In this document: one piece after another, positions 1 to 8,052 of the stretch
Layout of the letters: each line of letters opens with the position of its first letter
Numbering within the stretch: position 1 is the stretch's first letter
Virus record (IMG/VR): IMGVR_UViG_3300037195_000714
Location: 1 to 27,847 of that record
Reading direction: 5' to 3' (one strand)
Source: a virus
Taxonomy: Duplodnaviria; Caudoviricetes
DNA length: 27,847 nt
The notes under the pieces: model-generated
What the model was told of the DNA's origin: nothing
Database searches by the model: none
What the model saw: only the letters and a program-made list of their open reading frames with translations
Position numbers and translations under genes: made by a program

Positions 1-66
1 TTTTTTTACTACTGGTCGTGATTGTGTTAATCCAACCTTTTCCTTTATTGTATCTATGATGCCCAT
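1..66 (-). CDS. 5' end of a gene running off the window (MGIIDTIKEKVGLTQSRPVVK...), probably the portal protein
   Basis: ATG at 66 with an open frame to the window edge. It lies downstream of terL and of the repeated promoter motif at 243-264. The portal call is from synteny only. Confidence 0.45.
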   Translation of the reverse strand, partial: MGIIDTIKEKVGLTQSRPVVKK

Positions 67-242
67 GATTATACTCTGTAAGGTTAATGGGTGCTAAGCA
101 CCCAAAAACACAGGGAGGTGAACTATGGGATTAAGTCCACGAATATGAAAGTGATGTCTCTTAGTTTAAACCCTGGTCGGCGGTAGCATTCGCGAACCCG
201 CCAACTGGGAAAAAGAGGTGATATTAATTATATACCCGTTAC

Positions 243-264
243 TACTATTTAAATAACATTATTT
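243..264 (-). promoter_or_regulatory. Repeated promoter motif AAATAATGTTATTTAAATAGTA (TATA-like core TTTAAATA), putative late promoter
   Basis: 22-bp identity with 25412-25433 and 20-bp identity with 15103-15122 (opposite strand). Confidence 0.65.
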
Positions 265-265
265 G

Positions 266-1582
266 TTAGCCGAAGAAGAAAGTTGTTGTCCTACCTTTTA
301 ACCCATGAACAGCACAAGCTAAAGCGTCAACATAATCGTCATGGCCACCATCAGAGTGGTGCAACTTAAGCTGTCCAGAAGCTGCAACCTCGTACCGAAA
401 ATCTTTCAACTCATAGATAAGTTTAGTAATATTAGGGTAAACTATCTTCTTCTGTTCCATTAGTACCTTTAGGTTAGAGAATATATCTTGCTTAGTCTTA
501 ATAGTAAAGTTTAACCCTACCACTATATCAGTTGGAGTATTACTTTGCCCGTATCCCGTATTCTTGTAAACAGGTTTCCTGTTAAAGTCTCGTGCAAGAA
601 TGTCTACTACGCCAGCACCTAGACCCGTCTGGTCACAACAAATCTTCTTAAACTTAAACTTCTGGTGTAAGAACTTAATATAGTCAATAGCTTGGTCCAT
701 AGTATTCTTCTTTAACTCTTTAACAAATACTACTCTATGAGGTTCACCTTTCTCTACTACTACAAAAGCTGAGGAGTCTTCACCCATACGAGCAAAGTCT
801 GCTCCAAGATAATACTGTTTATCAGCGTTTACTACTGAACCAGTTTCGTCCAATAAATCGTAATCAGATATACAATCTTCTACTAACTTATAAGGAAAAT
901 AAGCGTCCTCATCAGGTATAAACTCTGCCTCATACTCAGTCCGAAACTGGAGAGAAGAACATTGACTCTTTTGTTCATCAATAAACTCTTGTGAGAAGTG
1001 GCCAACCGCCACAGCATCTTCCCAAGTGTATCTATGTCCAACATAGTTACTATCAATGAATGAACGATAGAAATGGTTCATACCAAACGGTGTGCTAATC
1101 TTAATAATCTTACCTTTAGTTGCTGCAACCATCGGCGTTACAACTTGGTTAATAATATCATCCTTAACAAACGCTGCCTCTTCAACAATCAATACGTTAG
1201 CAGTAAGTCCTCTAATATTATCACCTGTGTCACCACAAGGGTAAGCTGATACCCTACACCCATTCTTCATCAACATCTGTCGTTGTGTAAACGATTGTAC
1301 TTCAGATTGAATTGGAGAACTTTTAATAAAGTTAGTAATCTTTTGAAATAATTCACCGGCTTGTCTATCAGTTGGTCCAACAATAACTATATGTCCCCCT
1401 GAATTCTTCAATGCTTCAATAATAGAAAGGATAGCGATAGTCATCGACTTCCCTGTTTGTCTACAGAATACGCCTACTACTCGTTGAGAGTTCATACAAT
1501 CGTACAGAAAAACTTGTTGATAATTATATAATTCTATGTTAAACAGATTCTTTACTACCTTCTTAAGACTCTTCTTCGTCAT
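266..1582 (-). CDS. terL: Terminase large subunit
   Basis: LYNYQ adenine-binding motif, Walker A CRQTGKS, Walker B LIVEEAA, motif III ISTP, RNase H-like nuclease GADFAR...DQTGLG...HDDYVDALA. Confidence 0.95.
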   Translation of the reverse strand: MTKKSLKKVVKNLFNIELYNYQQVFLYDCMNSQRVVGVFCRQTGKSMTIAILSIIEALKNSGGHIVIVGPTDRQAGELFQKITNFIKSSPIQSEVQSFTQRQMLMKNGCRVSAYPCGDTGDNIRGLTANVLIVEEAAFVKDDIINQVVTPMVAATKGKIIKISTPFGMNHFYRSFIDSNYVGHRYTWEDAVAVGHFSQEFIDEQKSQCSSLQFRTEYEAEFIPDEDAYFPYKLVEDCISDYDLLDETGSVVNADKQYYLGADFARMGEDSSAFVVVEKGEPHRVVFVKELKKNTMDQAIDYIKFLHQKFKFKKICCDQTGLGAGVVDILARDFNRKPVYKNTGYGQSNTPTDIVVGLNFTIKTKQDIFSNLKVLMEQKKIVYPNITKLIYELKDFRYEVAASGQLKLHHSDGGHDDYVDALACAVHGLKGRTTTFFFG

Positions 1583-1586
1583 AATA

Positions 1587-1685
1587 AATTCCCCCAGCCC
1601 TGTGGTATGCTTTGTTCTTCCTTAAAGGAGTTAGGGAAACCACCACAGGTTTACCTGTCTTGCTGACAAGTGCTGTCTAGGGTTT
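1587..1685 (-). ncRNA. Structured RNA motif, copy 1 (leader of terL)
   Basis: Homologous to 15016-15106 (+), with covarying stems; ends 4 nt before the terL ATG. Confidence 0.6.
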
Positions 1686-1796
1686 TTCTTCCTCCTCGTT
1701 CTCGTCAAACATAAACTGTCTACCACAAAATGTGCACCAATGATAATCTCTAAAAAAGTTATCAAAGTCACACCCGCAATTATTACACTTTGTCAT
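1677..1796 (-). CDS. Small zinc-ribbon protein, 39 aa (MTKCNNCGCDFDNFFRDYHWCTFCGRQFMFDENEEEEKP)
   Basis: Translated by hand (not in the ORF track); CxxC...CxxC; start overlaps the end of the upstream gene. Confidence 0.65.
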   Translation of the reverse strand: MTKCNNCGCDFDNFFRDYHWCTFCGRQFMFDENEEEEKP

Positions 1797-2172
1797 CTTC
1801 TATCTCACACTCATCAAACATCTTAGTCCAATCAACTATATGATGAACATTCTCAGTCTTAATCTTTTCGCCATGTACGAGTTTGTGCCAATTCATTAAA
1901 GAATTAGCATAAGCTATTCTTTGAGCAGGATGTAAATTTTCTTCAATCGTTTGTAAATATTTTAAGATTTGAAATGAACTACATTCAGACTTTTCCATCA
2001 TACGAACTAATCGTTCTACCTTATGTTTAGTAAATCCGTTTTTTTTAGCCCATCTAATTTCTTGTCCAATACTTTTACGAAGAGATTTAACGCTGCCCCC
2101 TTTTGATTGTATCACAAATCTTTCTTTCTTTGACCTTTGATTGAGTGGTATTAGATTTCCTTCGTTTGCCAT
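1783..2172 (-). CDS. Putative terminase small subunit
   Basis: N-terminal ANEGNLIP..QRS...IQSKGG motif common in terS-like phage proteins; just upstream of terL; GAGGAG Shine-Dalgarno (SD). Confidence 0.55.
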   Translation of the reverse strand: MANEGNLIPLNQRSKKERFVIQSKGGSVKSLRKSIGQEIRWAKKNGFTKHKVERLVRMMEKSECSSFQILKYLQTIEENLHPAQRIAYANSLMNWHKLVHGEKIKTENVHHIVDWTKMFDECEIEDDKV

Positions 2173-2207
2173 TTACTCCTCGTCTCCACCATTTACACAT
2201 GGATTCT

Positions 2208-2516
2208 TTAATCGTTCTCATTGTTACAAATTATACACTTTGGGGGTATATAATACCCTTTCTTGTTCTCTTCAACAAAGTTTTTACAAGTTTCAGGTCT
2301 ATCATTATAAATCTTACACTGGTTATTTTCGTCCAACTGTGGACACTTCATTGGTATTAAAATATGATAAGGTTTACCTTCAACCTTGTCTACTGTACAC
2401 CCATGTAATCTATAATATCTTACTAAATCTTCAGATAACGAATAGTGTTTAAACGATAACGTCTTACAACATTCAGCTTTACATTTATCCAAATTCTTTA
2501 TACATTCCATTTTCAT
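2208..2516 (-). CDS. YkgJ-family cysteine-cluster (Zn or Fe-S) protein
   Basis: CxxxCC ... CPQLDENNQCKIYNDRPETC signature; start moved to ATG 2516 (ATGA overlap with the upstream gene). Confidence 0.8.
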   Translation of the reverse strand: MKMECIKNLDKCKAECCKTLSFKHYSLSEDLVRYYRLHGCTVDKVEGKPYHILIPMKCPQLDENNQCKIYNDRPETCKNFVEENKKGYYIPPKCIICNNEND

Positions 2517-2743
2517 AATCTTAATGCTAGGATGAAGATAAATATTGCCATTACTACCACACCACCGAAGGCCATACTTGCCACCCACTTCCATGCCGGT
2601 TGCCATTGCACTGATTTATCATATATCTTCTTAAAAAGTTTAGGAGACTTAAATAATTGTTCCACAAATTTCGGAACATCATCTATAACAACCCACGGGT
2701 TACGTACCTTAATCTCCATACCTCTAGTCTTGATCCTTACCAT
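2513..2743 (-). CDS. Small membrane protein with a C-terminal TM helix
   Basis: Hydrophobic C-terminus WVASMAFGGVVVMAIFIFILAL; AGGAG SD upstream. Confidence 0.7.
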   Translation of the reverse strand: MVRIKTRGMEIKVRNPWVVIDDVPKFVEQLFKSPKLFKKIYDKSVQWQPAWKWVASMAFGGVVVMAIFIFILALRL

Positions 2744-2800
2744 TTTTACTCTCTCCTGATAGGCAAGTTGAGCCTAAGTTAGAGAGGACTTATCCTATCC

Positions 2801-2838
2801 CTTAGAGGGGTAAAGAGGGCTTCTAACACCCCTCTAAG
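2801..2838. repeat. Perfect 11-bp inverted repeat CTTAGAGGGGT...ACCCCTCTAAG (intergenic hairpin)
   Basis: Read directly from the sequence. Confidence 0.8.
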
Positions 2839-2856
2839 TTTTTGATGTTGTATATA

Positions 2857-3321
2857 TTAAATACTATCAAAGTCTACCTTAACTTTTTTGATGACTGGGT
2901 GTGCTACATCTAAACCTAACTTGTTAGCAATCTCTGCCAGGGTCTCAGCAGTTCGAACTATCTTTAAGTTTGTGTCAGATATTCTATCATACCCAATCTC
3001 GGCTTTCTTAGTTTTAACAAACTGTCTAATCTCTGTTTCAACTTTATCAAAATGCGGTTTTAAAGCGTTATCAAAGTCTACCTTAAGATTATGAAACTCA
3101 TCTGACTTCTTTTCCAGATCAGCTATATCTATCTCAATTTGATTATCTTTTTGCGCTTTCTTCATAGCTTCTAACTGTTGATCGTTCTTCATCTTGGTAT
3201 TGATTATGTTGTTTGTTAAAGCGATAGCTTCGTTTACGTCTGCGTATGAAATTGTGGTTTCTGTGAAAATGATAGTATCTCCATCACCCATTTCTACATT
3301 GTATTCTTTTACATGTTTCAT
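2857..3321 (-). CDS. Hypothetical coiled-coil protein
   Basis: 154-aa ORF; ATGA overlap with the upstream gene; GGGAG SD. Confidence 0.75.
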   Translation of the reverse strand: MKHVKEYNVEMGDGDTIIFTETTISYADVNEAIALTNNIINTKMKNDQQLEAMKKAQKDNQIEIDIADLEKKSDEFHNLKVDFDNALKPHFDKVETEIRQFVKTKKAEIGYDRISDTNLKIVRTAETLAEIANKLGLDVAHPVIKKVKVDFDSI

Positions 3322-3548
3322 TTTTTCTTCTCCCGTGTCTTCGGTTTCTTAACAGGTTTCATACCGTTTAACAACTCTTTACAGATTTGTTTAATTTCGT
3401 CTTCATTAAAGTACGAGCCGTTCTTTGGTGGTCTGTTTTGTCTAGTAATAAAATCTTGCCACTTCTCTTGCTTATACCAGGGATGATACTTTAAAACTTG
3501 TAACCTGTTAAGTCTGATTCTCATTCCTTTGATTTGTTCATCTTCCAT
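3318..3548 (-). CDS. Hypothetical basic protein
   Basis: 76-aa ORF overlapping both neighbours; GGGAGG SD. Confidence 0.7.
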   Translation of the reverse strand: MEDEQIKGMRIRLNRLQVLKYHPWYKQEKWQDFITRQNRPPKNGSYFNEDEIKQICKELLNGMKPVKKPKTREKKK

Positions 3549-3888
3549 TGTTCATTTCCTCCCTAAGTTTCCTTAGCTCTGTTAATATTAAAAAGTTTTG
3601 CAAATACTCTGGCCGGGCATGTGAAAACCTTTTTTCGCTTCTATACTCAGTAAACTCTTTACATATTGTTTCGAAGGCATTATCTTTAGGTATATATCCA
3701 ATAAGTTTAGTATTATGGTTAGTTTTACCTTTTACTAATTTAATAGAAATTTCATTATCTTTCTCTAGTGCCTTAATGTTAGATAACACTGTTTGCACTC
3801 TTAGATTTGTTAATTGTGCTAATTCTTTAGCTGAAAAAAACATTGCTGGATTTTTTACTAATATTGTATAGACATCATTCTGTCCCAC
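3538..3888 (-). CDS. Winged helix-turn-helix DNA-binding protein
   Basis: FSAKELAQLTNLRVQTVLSNIKALEKDNEI HTH pattern. Confidence 0.75.
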   Translation of the reverse strand: MGQNDVYTILVKNPAMFFSAKELAQLTNLRVQTVLSNIKALEKDNEISIKLVKGKTNHNTKLIGYIPKDNAFETICKEFTEYRSEKRFSHARPEYLQNFLILTELRKLREEMNNGR

Positions 3889-4063
3889 CTTTTACCACCT
3901 CGTATGGATTAAAGTTTCTTTTTTTCATTTCTTCGTCTAATTTAGTTTGTATAAATTTAGATAATTTAAATTTGGGGTTTAAGTTTTTTAAGTAGTCTAT
4001 AAAAAGTTGATTACGTACAGTGAGAGTAATTGATGTAACCATTTTAGCGTTTAAGACTTCCAT
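3875..4063 (-). CDS. Small DNA-binding protein, ribbon-helix-helix-like
   Basis: Alternating beta pattern VTSITLTV followed by two helices (LSKFIQTKLDEE); has its own TATA box. Confidence 0.55.
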   Translation of the reverse strand: MEVLNAKMVTSITLTVRNQLFIDYLKNLNPKFKLSKFIQTKLDEEMKKRNFNPYEVVKGGTE

Positions 4064-4080
4064 AATAATTAATTATTAAA

Positions 4081-4093
4081 TTAAGTTTATAAA
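4081..4093 (-). promoter_or_regulatory. Archaeal-type TATA box TTTATAAACTTAA, leaderless spacing
   Basis: Identical 13-mer at 13176-13188, at the same offset from the ATG. Confidence 0.65.
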
Positions 4094-4115
4094 TATATAT
4101 ATACTATAATATATA

Positions 4116-4547
4116 TTATATATTATATATCTTAGTATAACTCTTAAATATCTCTTTGATTATCTTTTTAGCCTCTATTCTGTTATTAGCAAAAAATATG
4201 TTAATGCCATACTTAATGTGCAAAGTGAACAAAATCGACGTTATTACATAACCACGCATTTTGCTATAATATGACCCAACGAAATCTTTTTCTAAACATT
4301 TTGTGTACGAACCTTCTATTACAATGGCAAAGTAATCATACGACCGAGATTTTTCTAACTCTTTCTTAAACCGTTTATGACCGCCGCCTAACGTTCCGAA
4401 CAAATCGATCAAACTTTTTCGTTCGATCGAAATTCTATCTTCAAAACCTTCAAGACTGTAATCTCCTACATTTAACTTTTTTGATACTATATTTTTAACC
4501 CATAAAGGTTTTTGTTCTCTGGTATCGACCACTATTTTTACATCCAT
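4116..4547 (-). CDS. ERCC4/XPF-family structure-specific nuclease (resolvase-like)
   Basis: VVDTREQ, VGDY, IERKS..DL and IEG motifs. Confidence 0.92.
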   Translation of the reverse strand: MDVKIVVDTREQKPLWVKNIVSKKLNVGDYSLEGFEDRISIERKSLIDLFGTLGGGHKRFKKELEKSRSYDYFAIVIEGSYTKCLEKDFVGSYYSKMRGYVITSILFTLHIKYGINIFFANNRIEAKKIIKEIFKSYTKIYNI

Positions 4548-7165
4548 TCTGTTAATAATGCGTTTTTGTTAAACAATGGCTTAAATCTGTCCAAAAATAG
4601 GCTCATTTTGTTTTTAATGAAAAGATCAATATATTTTTGATAGTTAACTTCCATTTCTTTTGGCAATTTTGTATTTTCGTTCAACATTACCGCCTCGACA
4701 GATTTTCCTTTAAACGAGTGTGGATATTTCTGCAAAATGTTTACATAACACATACCTCCTTTGTAGTTTGCTCGACTAAAATCTGTTCCAAGATATTTGT
4801 TTGAATACATCATTGCTGTTACATGTTGTGGAGTAACTTTGTATTCGTTTAATTCTCTCGAAATTTGTTTAGTGATTAGCAACTGATTATACGTTAGATT
4901 TTTGATAGCTTCTTCAGCTTCGGTTATTGAATATTTAAGACTTTTGTTATCTTCGGAATTTATAACATCAATCAATAGCTTTTTTAGTATAGGACGCATA
5001 GCAGCAGGTGTATCTTTTTTAACCAGATCTATACCACGTCCGTACGATTTATCCGAGTTAAACGTTTTGCCTTTGATATATTTTCCATAGCCATAGTATT
5101 TCTTTTTAGCTTTAGACATTAACAGTTTTTGAAAAAATGTTTCAAAGTCCATTTCTATATATTTGTTGTCTAATTCGTAATATTCTTTGATAAAGTCTCC
5201 TATTTTGTCGTTTATTTCGTCTTTGACGCCAAACATTCGTTTAAGAACTGTGTCGTAATCTCTATCATCTTTAATGTGTATAAATGCACTATCTGTGTCA
5301 GCATAAATAGATGTACAATCTTCGATTTCATCAGCTAGAGTTAACGATTTTTTAACCATAACTCTAGCTAAATGTGTAATACAACGAGCACAGTTAATCG
5401 AATATAACCTAAAGTATTTATATTTTGAAACACCATATATTCCATTAATAACAGTTTTGATAGCGTTGTATTTGACTGGTAGAGTGACATCATCGCTGTC
5501 CTCCATTTGTTTACTTAGATCATCTTTCATAAACATTAGCTTATCAACTACGATTGTCATTAATCCGCGTCTATCTTTACTCGTATAATATAAATTGTCA
5601 ATATTGATACAGTTGTCTTTTTTGTAGTCAGTTATAGTTTCGTAGCTAATATTGAACTGTCGTATTAGATTTGGATAAAGAGATTTAAAATCTACCACTC
5701 CGACATAATTATATATTTCTGCTATAGGTTTCATAACATACGCTCCTTCTAATTCTTCAGAAGGATTTTCTTTTTTAGAAGGAAATACATAATCTTTGCT
5801 AAAGTTGCAAAGAATGAAGAAATCTATTATTTTAGAATTATATAAACTCCATTTGATATTAAACGTACTCATTAGTTGTTTAAACGATAAAAGATAGTTA
5901 ACCATACCTACATACTCTTCCAATTTTCTACATAATTCTACATCTTGTATATTATATTCGTATAATTTGAGAACATCTTCACGCCATAATGTAGCTGGAC
6001 CACGCGAATCATGAACTTTTTGTCCTAAATTTAAGAATTCACCTAAGTAATCTAAATTGAATCGGTTTGGTTTGTCTAGAGAATAGATGAAGAATTTATC
6101 TTTAGCATATTTCATAGCGTCGATAACATCTACGCCTGAGAATTCTAGTTTACGTTCGTCGTTTCTATCGCTAGCTTCTTTAATATCGTTTCTTATTTTG
6201 CCAACTGGCGAATAATTGTTAGGGTCTAGTCCTAACATTTTAGCTCTGTTAACTAAATATATATTATCAAAGCCGGAAATATTAAAGCCGGTGACCACGT
6301 TAGATTCGCTGAATACCTTCATAAATGCTTTAATCATATCAGCTTCTTTTTCGTATACAATTACATCATCTTTTCCTTTAAGAGAGCTCAAATCTTGACC
6401 GTCGTTTAATATCATAAACTTTGTTTCGAAGTTGTTTTTATATACAATTGATATAATTCGTCCTGGAGTATTTATAACGTCTACCGAACTATCTGTTTCA
6501 ATGTCATAAGTCATATAATTGATTTCTTCTTTTTTGATTGGTTCGAAGTAATCATAATAGTCGATGATGAATCTGTAATTTTCTCGCAGATCTCTTTCAA
6601 AAACATTAGGGTCTTTGTAATCATAATTATATAATTTTTTGCAGGGAACTCCGGTCAAAGTATACTTTTCAACTTGTTCTGGTGGACATTCGATCCAGCA
6701 ATAATCCTCATAAAAGAATCTAGCTTTAAACATTATATGATTAGCCATAAATATTATAACTTTAGAATATTGGTTGTCCATACTAACATTGTATATTTTC
6801 ATATTGTTTATGTTAGCGAAATATTTTCTCATAGTTATTTCGCAAAGGAATGTCATATATTTACGTTTATAATCAATTAGCAAATCATATTTAAGACGAC
6901 TAGTTATATACTTTTCTCTAAATTTTTTATATATTTCCATACCTATCAAATCTTGGTCTAGATATAATATAGGACATTTAATATTAGTGTTGTCTAGAGA
7001 GAGTTGAGTTAATATAACATGTGGTTTATTGTTTTCTATTACTGAGTAATCGATTTCCCCATTTAATAGTATATAATCACCTTCCTTAATATCAAACAAA
7101 GCTATTAGTATTTTTCTTTCTTCAGCAGGTAATTCTTTCTTAGTTATAAAAACCACATTACTCAT
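4538..7165 (-). CDS. polB: Family B DNA polymerase with 3'-5' exonuclease and an extra N-terminal region
   Basis: ExoI YDIETD, ExoII GFNISGFD, ExoIII YNIQD; polymerase motifs DFKSLYP, KTVINGIYG, YADTDS, KKKYYG. Confidence 0.96.
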   Translation of the reverse strand: MSNVVFITKKELPAEERKILIALFDIKEGDYILLNGEIDYSVIENNKPHVILTQLSLDNTNIKCPILYLDQDLIGMEIYKKFREKYITSRLKYDLLIDYKRKYMTFLCEITMRKYFANINNMKIYNVSMDNQYSKVIIFMANHIMFKARFFYEDYCWIECPPEQVEKYTLTGVPCKKLYNYDYKDPNVFERDLRENYRFIIDYYDYFEPIKKEEINYMTYDIETDSSVDVINTPGRIISIVYKNNFETKFMILNDGQDLSSLKGKDDVIVYEKEADMIKAFMKVFSESNVVTGFNISGFDNIYLVNRAKMLGLDPNNYSPVGKIRNDIKEASDRNDERKLEFSGVDVIDAMKYAKDKFFIYSLDKPNRFNLDYLGEFLNLGQKVHDSRGPATLWREDVLKLYEYNIQDVELCRKLEEYVGMVNYLLSFKQLMSTFNIKWSLYNSKIIDFFILCNFSKDYVFPSKKENPSEELEGAYVMKPIAEIYNYVGVVDFKSLYPNLIRQFNISYETITDYKKDNCINIDNLYYTSKDRRGLMTIVVDKLMFMKDDLSKQMEDSDDVTLPVKYNAIKTVINGIYGVSKYKYFRLYSINCARCITHLARVMVKKSLTLADEIEDCTSIYADTDSAFIHIKDDRDYDTVLKRMFGVKDEINDKIGDFIKEYYELDNKYIEMDFETFFQKLLMSKAKKKYYGYGKYIKGKTFNSDKSYGRGIDLVKKDTPAAMRPILKKLLIDVINSEDNKSLKYSITEAEEAIKNLTYNQLLITKQISRELNEYKVTPQHVTAMMYSNKYLGTDFSRANYKGGMCYVNILQKYPHSFKGKSVEAVMLNENTKLPKEMEVNYQKYIDLFIKNKMSLFLDRFKPLFNKNALLTEWM

Positions 7166-8052
7166 TTTAAATGTAAACTCCCTATATTTATTTTAAACTT
7201 TATATCAGCCGCTTTAAATATATCCCTGTTTAAGATTTTAGCTGTGTATGTTAATCCTGCTATATCATAAGGTAAATAGTTTTTTATATCAGAGCTACGC
7301 ATATTCACAATAAAATATAGAGTACCTAATCTGTATAAACATTGAACCGAGGTTATACAGGCGTTTAGAGTATAAACATATTGTCTACTTTCGTTAATAT
7401 GTTGGTCATAAATCTTTTTTTTAGTTAAAATTTCGTTTTTCATTCCATATACGATAGCATCATATTCGTGTAATCGTTTATTAAATTCAACGTAATCTAT
7501 TTGGTTAAAGGCTTCAGCTTGTTTAAGATCAAATTCTAATTCTGCATTTATTATTTCTTTCCCTATAAATTTGTTATGTTTGTGTTTGTGCGTTATTCTG
7601 TTTAATATAGATTCATATACAAGGGATAATTTATTAGTTTCCCATGTTTTGATGAATGATTTCATAGTTTTTATACACTCTGATATAGATTTACTAGTAT
7701 CTATTTTAACGATGGGTATAGATGTATTATTGAATTCATCTTCATAAACCTTATATAATTTATTAATGTCACTTTCTTTTATATCTTTTTCATCGTGTTT
7801 TAGGATTCTTTTGATAGTTTCTTCTTTTCCGCATTTCAGGTAAAATATAATAGCTTTAGATGCTAGTTTATCATTTATTTTAGCATATTCAGAGTATGGT
7901 AGAGGTCTTTTCCTGTATTTCCCGTAACAAGTTGAGGTTAAAGTGAATCTATTGCATACAGGGTATATATAGCCTGTAGCTTTGTGGAATTCAGCAATTA
8001 GCGTATCTTTTCCTTGTTTGTCAATTCCGTCAAATATTAAAATTGGTTTCAT
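7162..8052 (-). CDS. Fusion of an N-terminal thymidylate-kinase-like dNMP kinase and a C-terminal compact thymidylate synthase / dCMP-hydroxymethylase-like domain
   Basis: P-loop FDGIDKQGKDT plus NRF; then SRQ, ACITSVQ (catalytic Cys), MRSSD....LPYD and IGSLH matching ThyA-fold motifs. Confidence 0.8.
   Translation of the reverse strand: MKPILIFDGIDKQGKDTLIAEFHKATGYIYPVCNRFTLTSTCYGKYRKRPLPYSEYAKINDKLASKAIIFYLKCGKEETIKRILKHDEKDIKESDINKLYKVYEDEFNNTSIPIVKIDTSKSISECIKTMKSFIKTWETNKLSLVYESILNRITHKHKHNKFIGKEIINAELEFDLKQAEAFNQIDYVEFNKRLHEYDAIVYGMKNEILTKKKIYDQHINESRQYVYTLNACITSVQCLYRLGTLYFIVNMRSSDIKNYLPYDIAGLTYTAKILNRDIFKAADIKFKINIGSLHLK

Noticed and set aside
1583-1685. Readthrough or +1 frameshift at CCC-TAG fusing the Zn-ribbon ORF to terL
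   Set aside because: The frame matching terL hits TAA (TTT CCC TAA) within the element, and the readthrough frame is out of phase with terL.
4094-4130. TA-rich palindromic run as an origin
   Set aside because: It is low-complexity sequence in which palindromes are expected by chance, and it is adequately explained as promoter flank.
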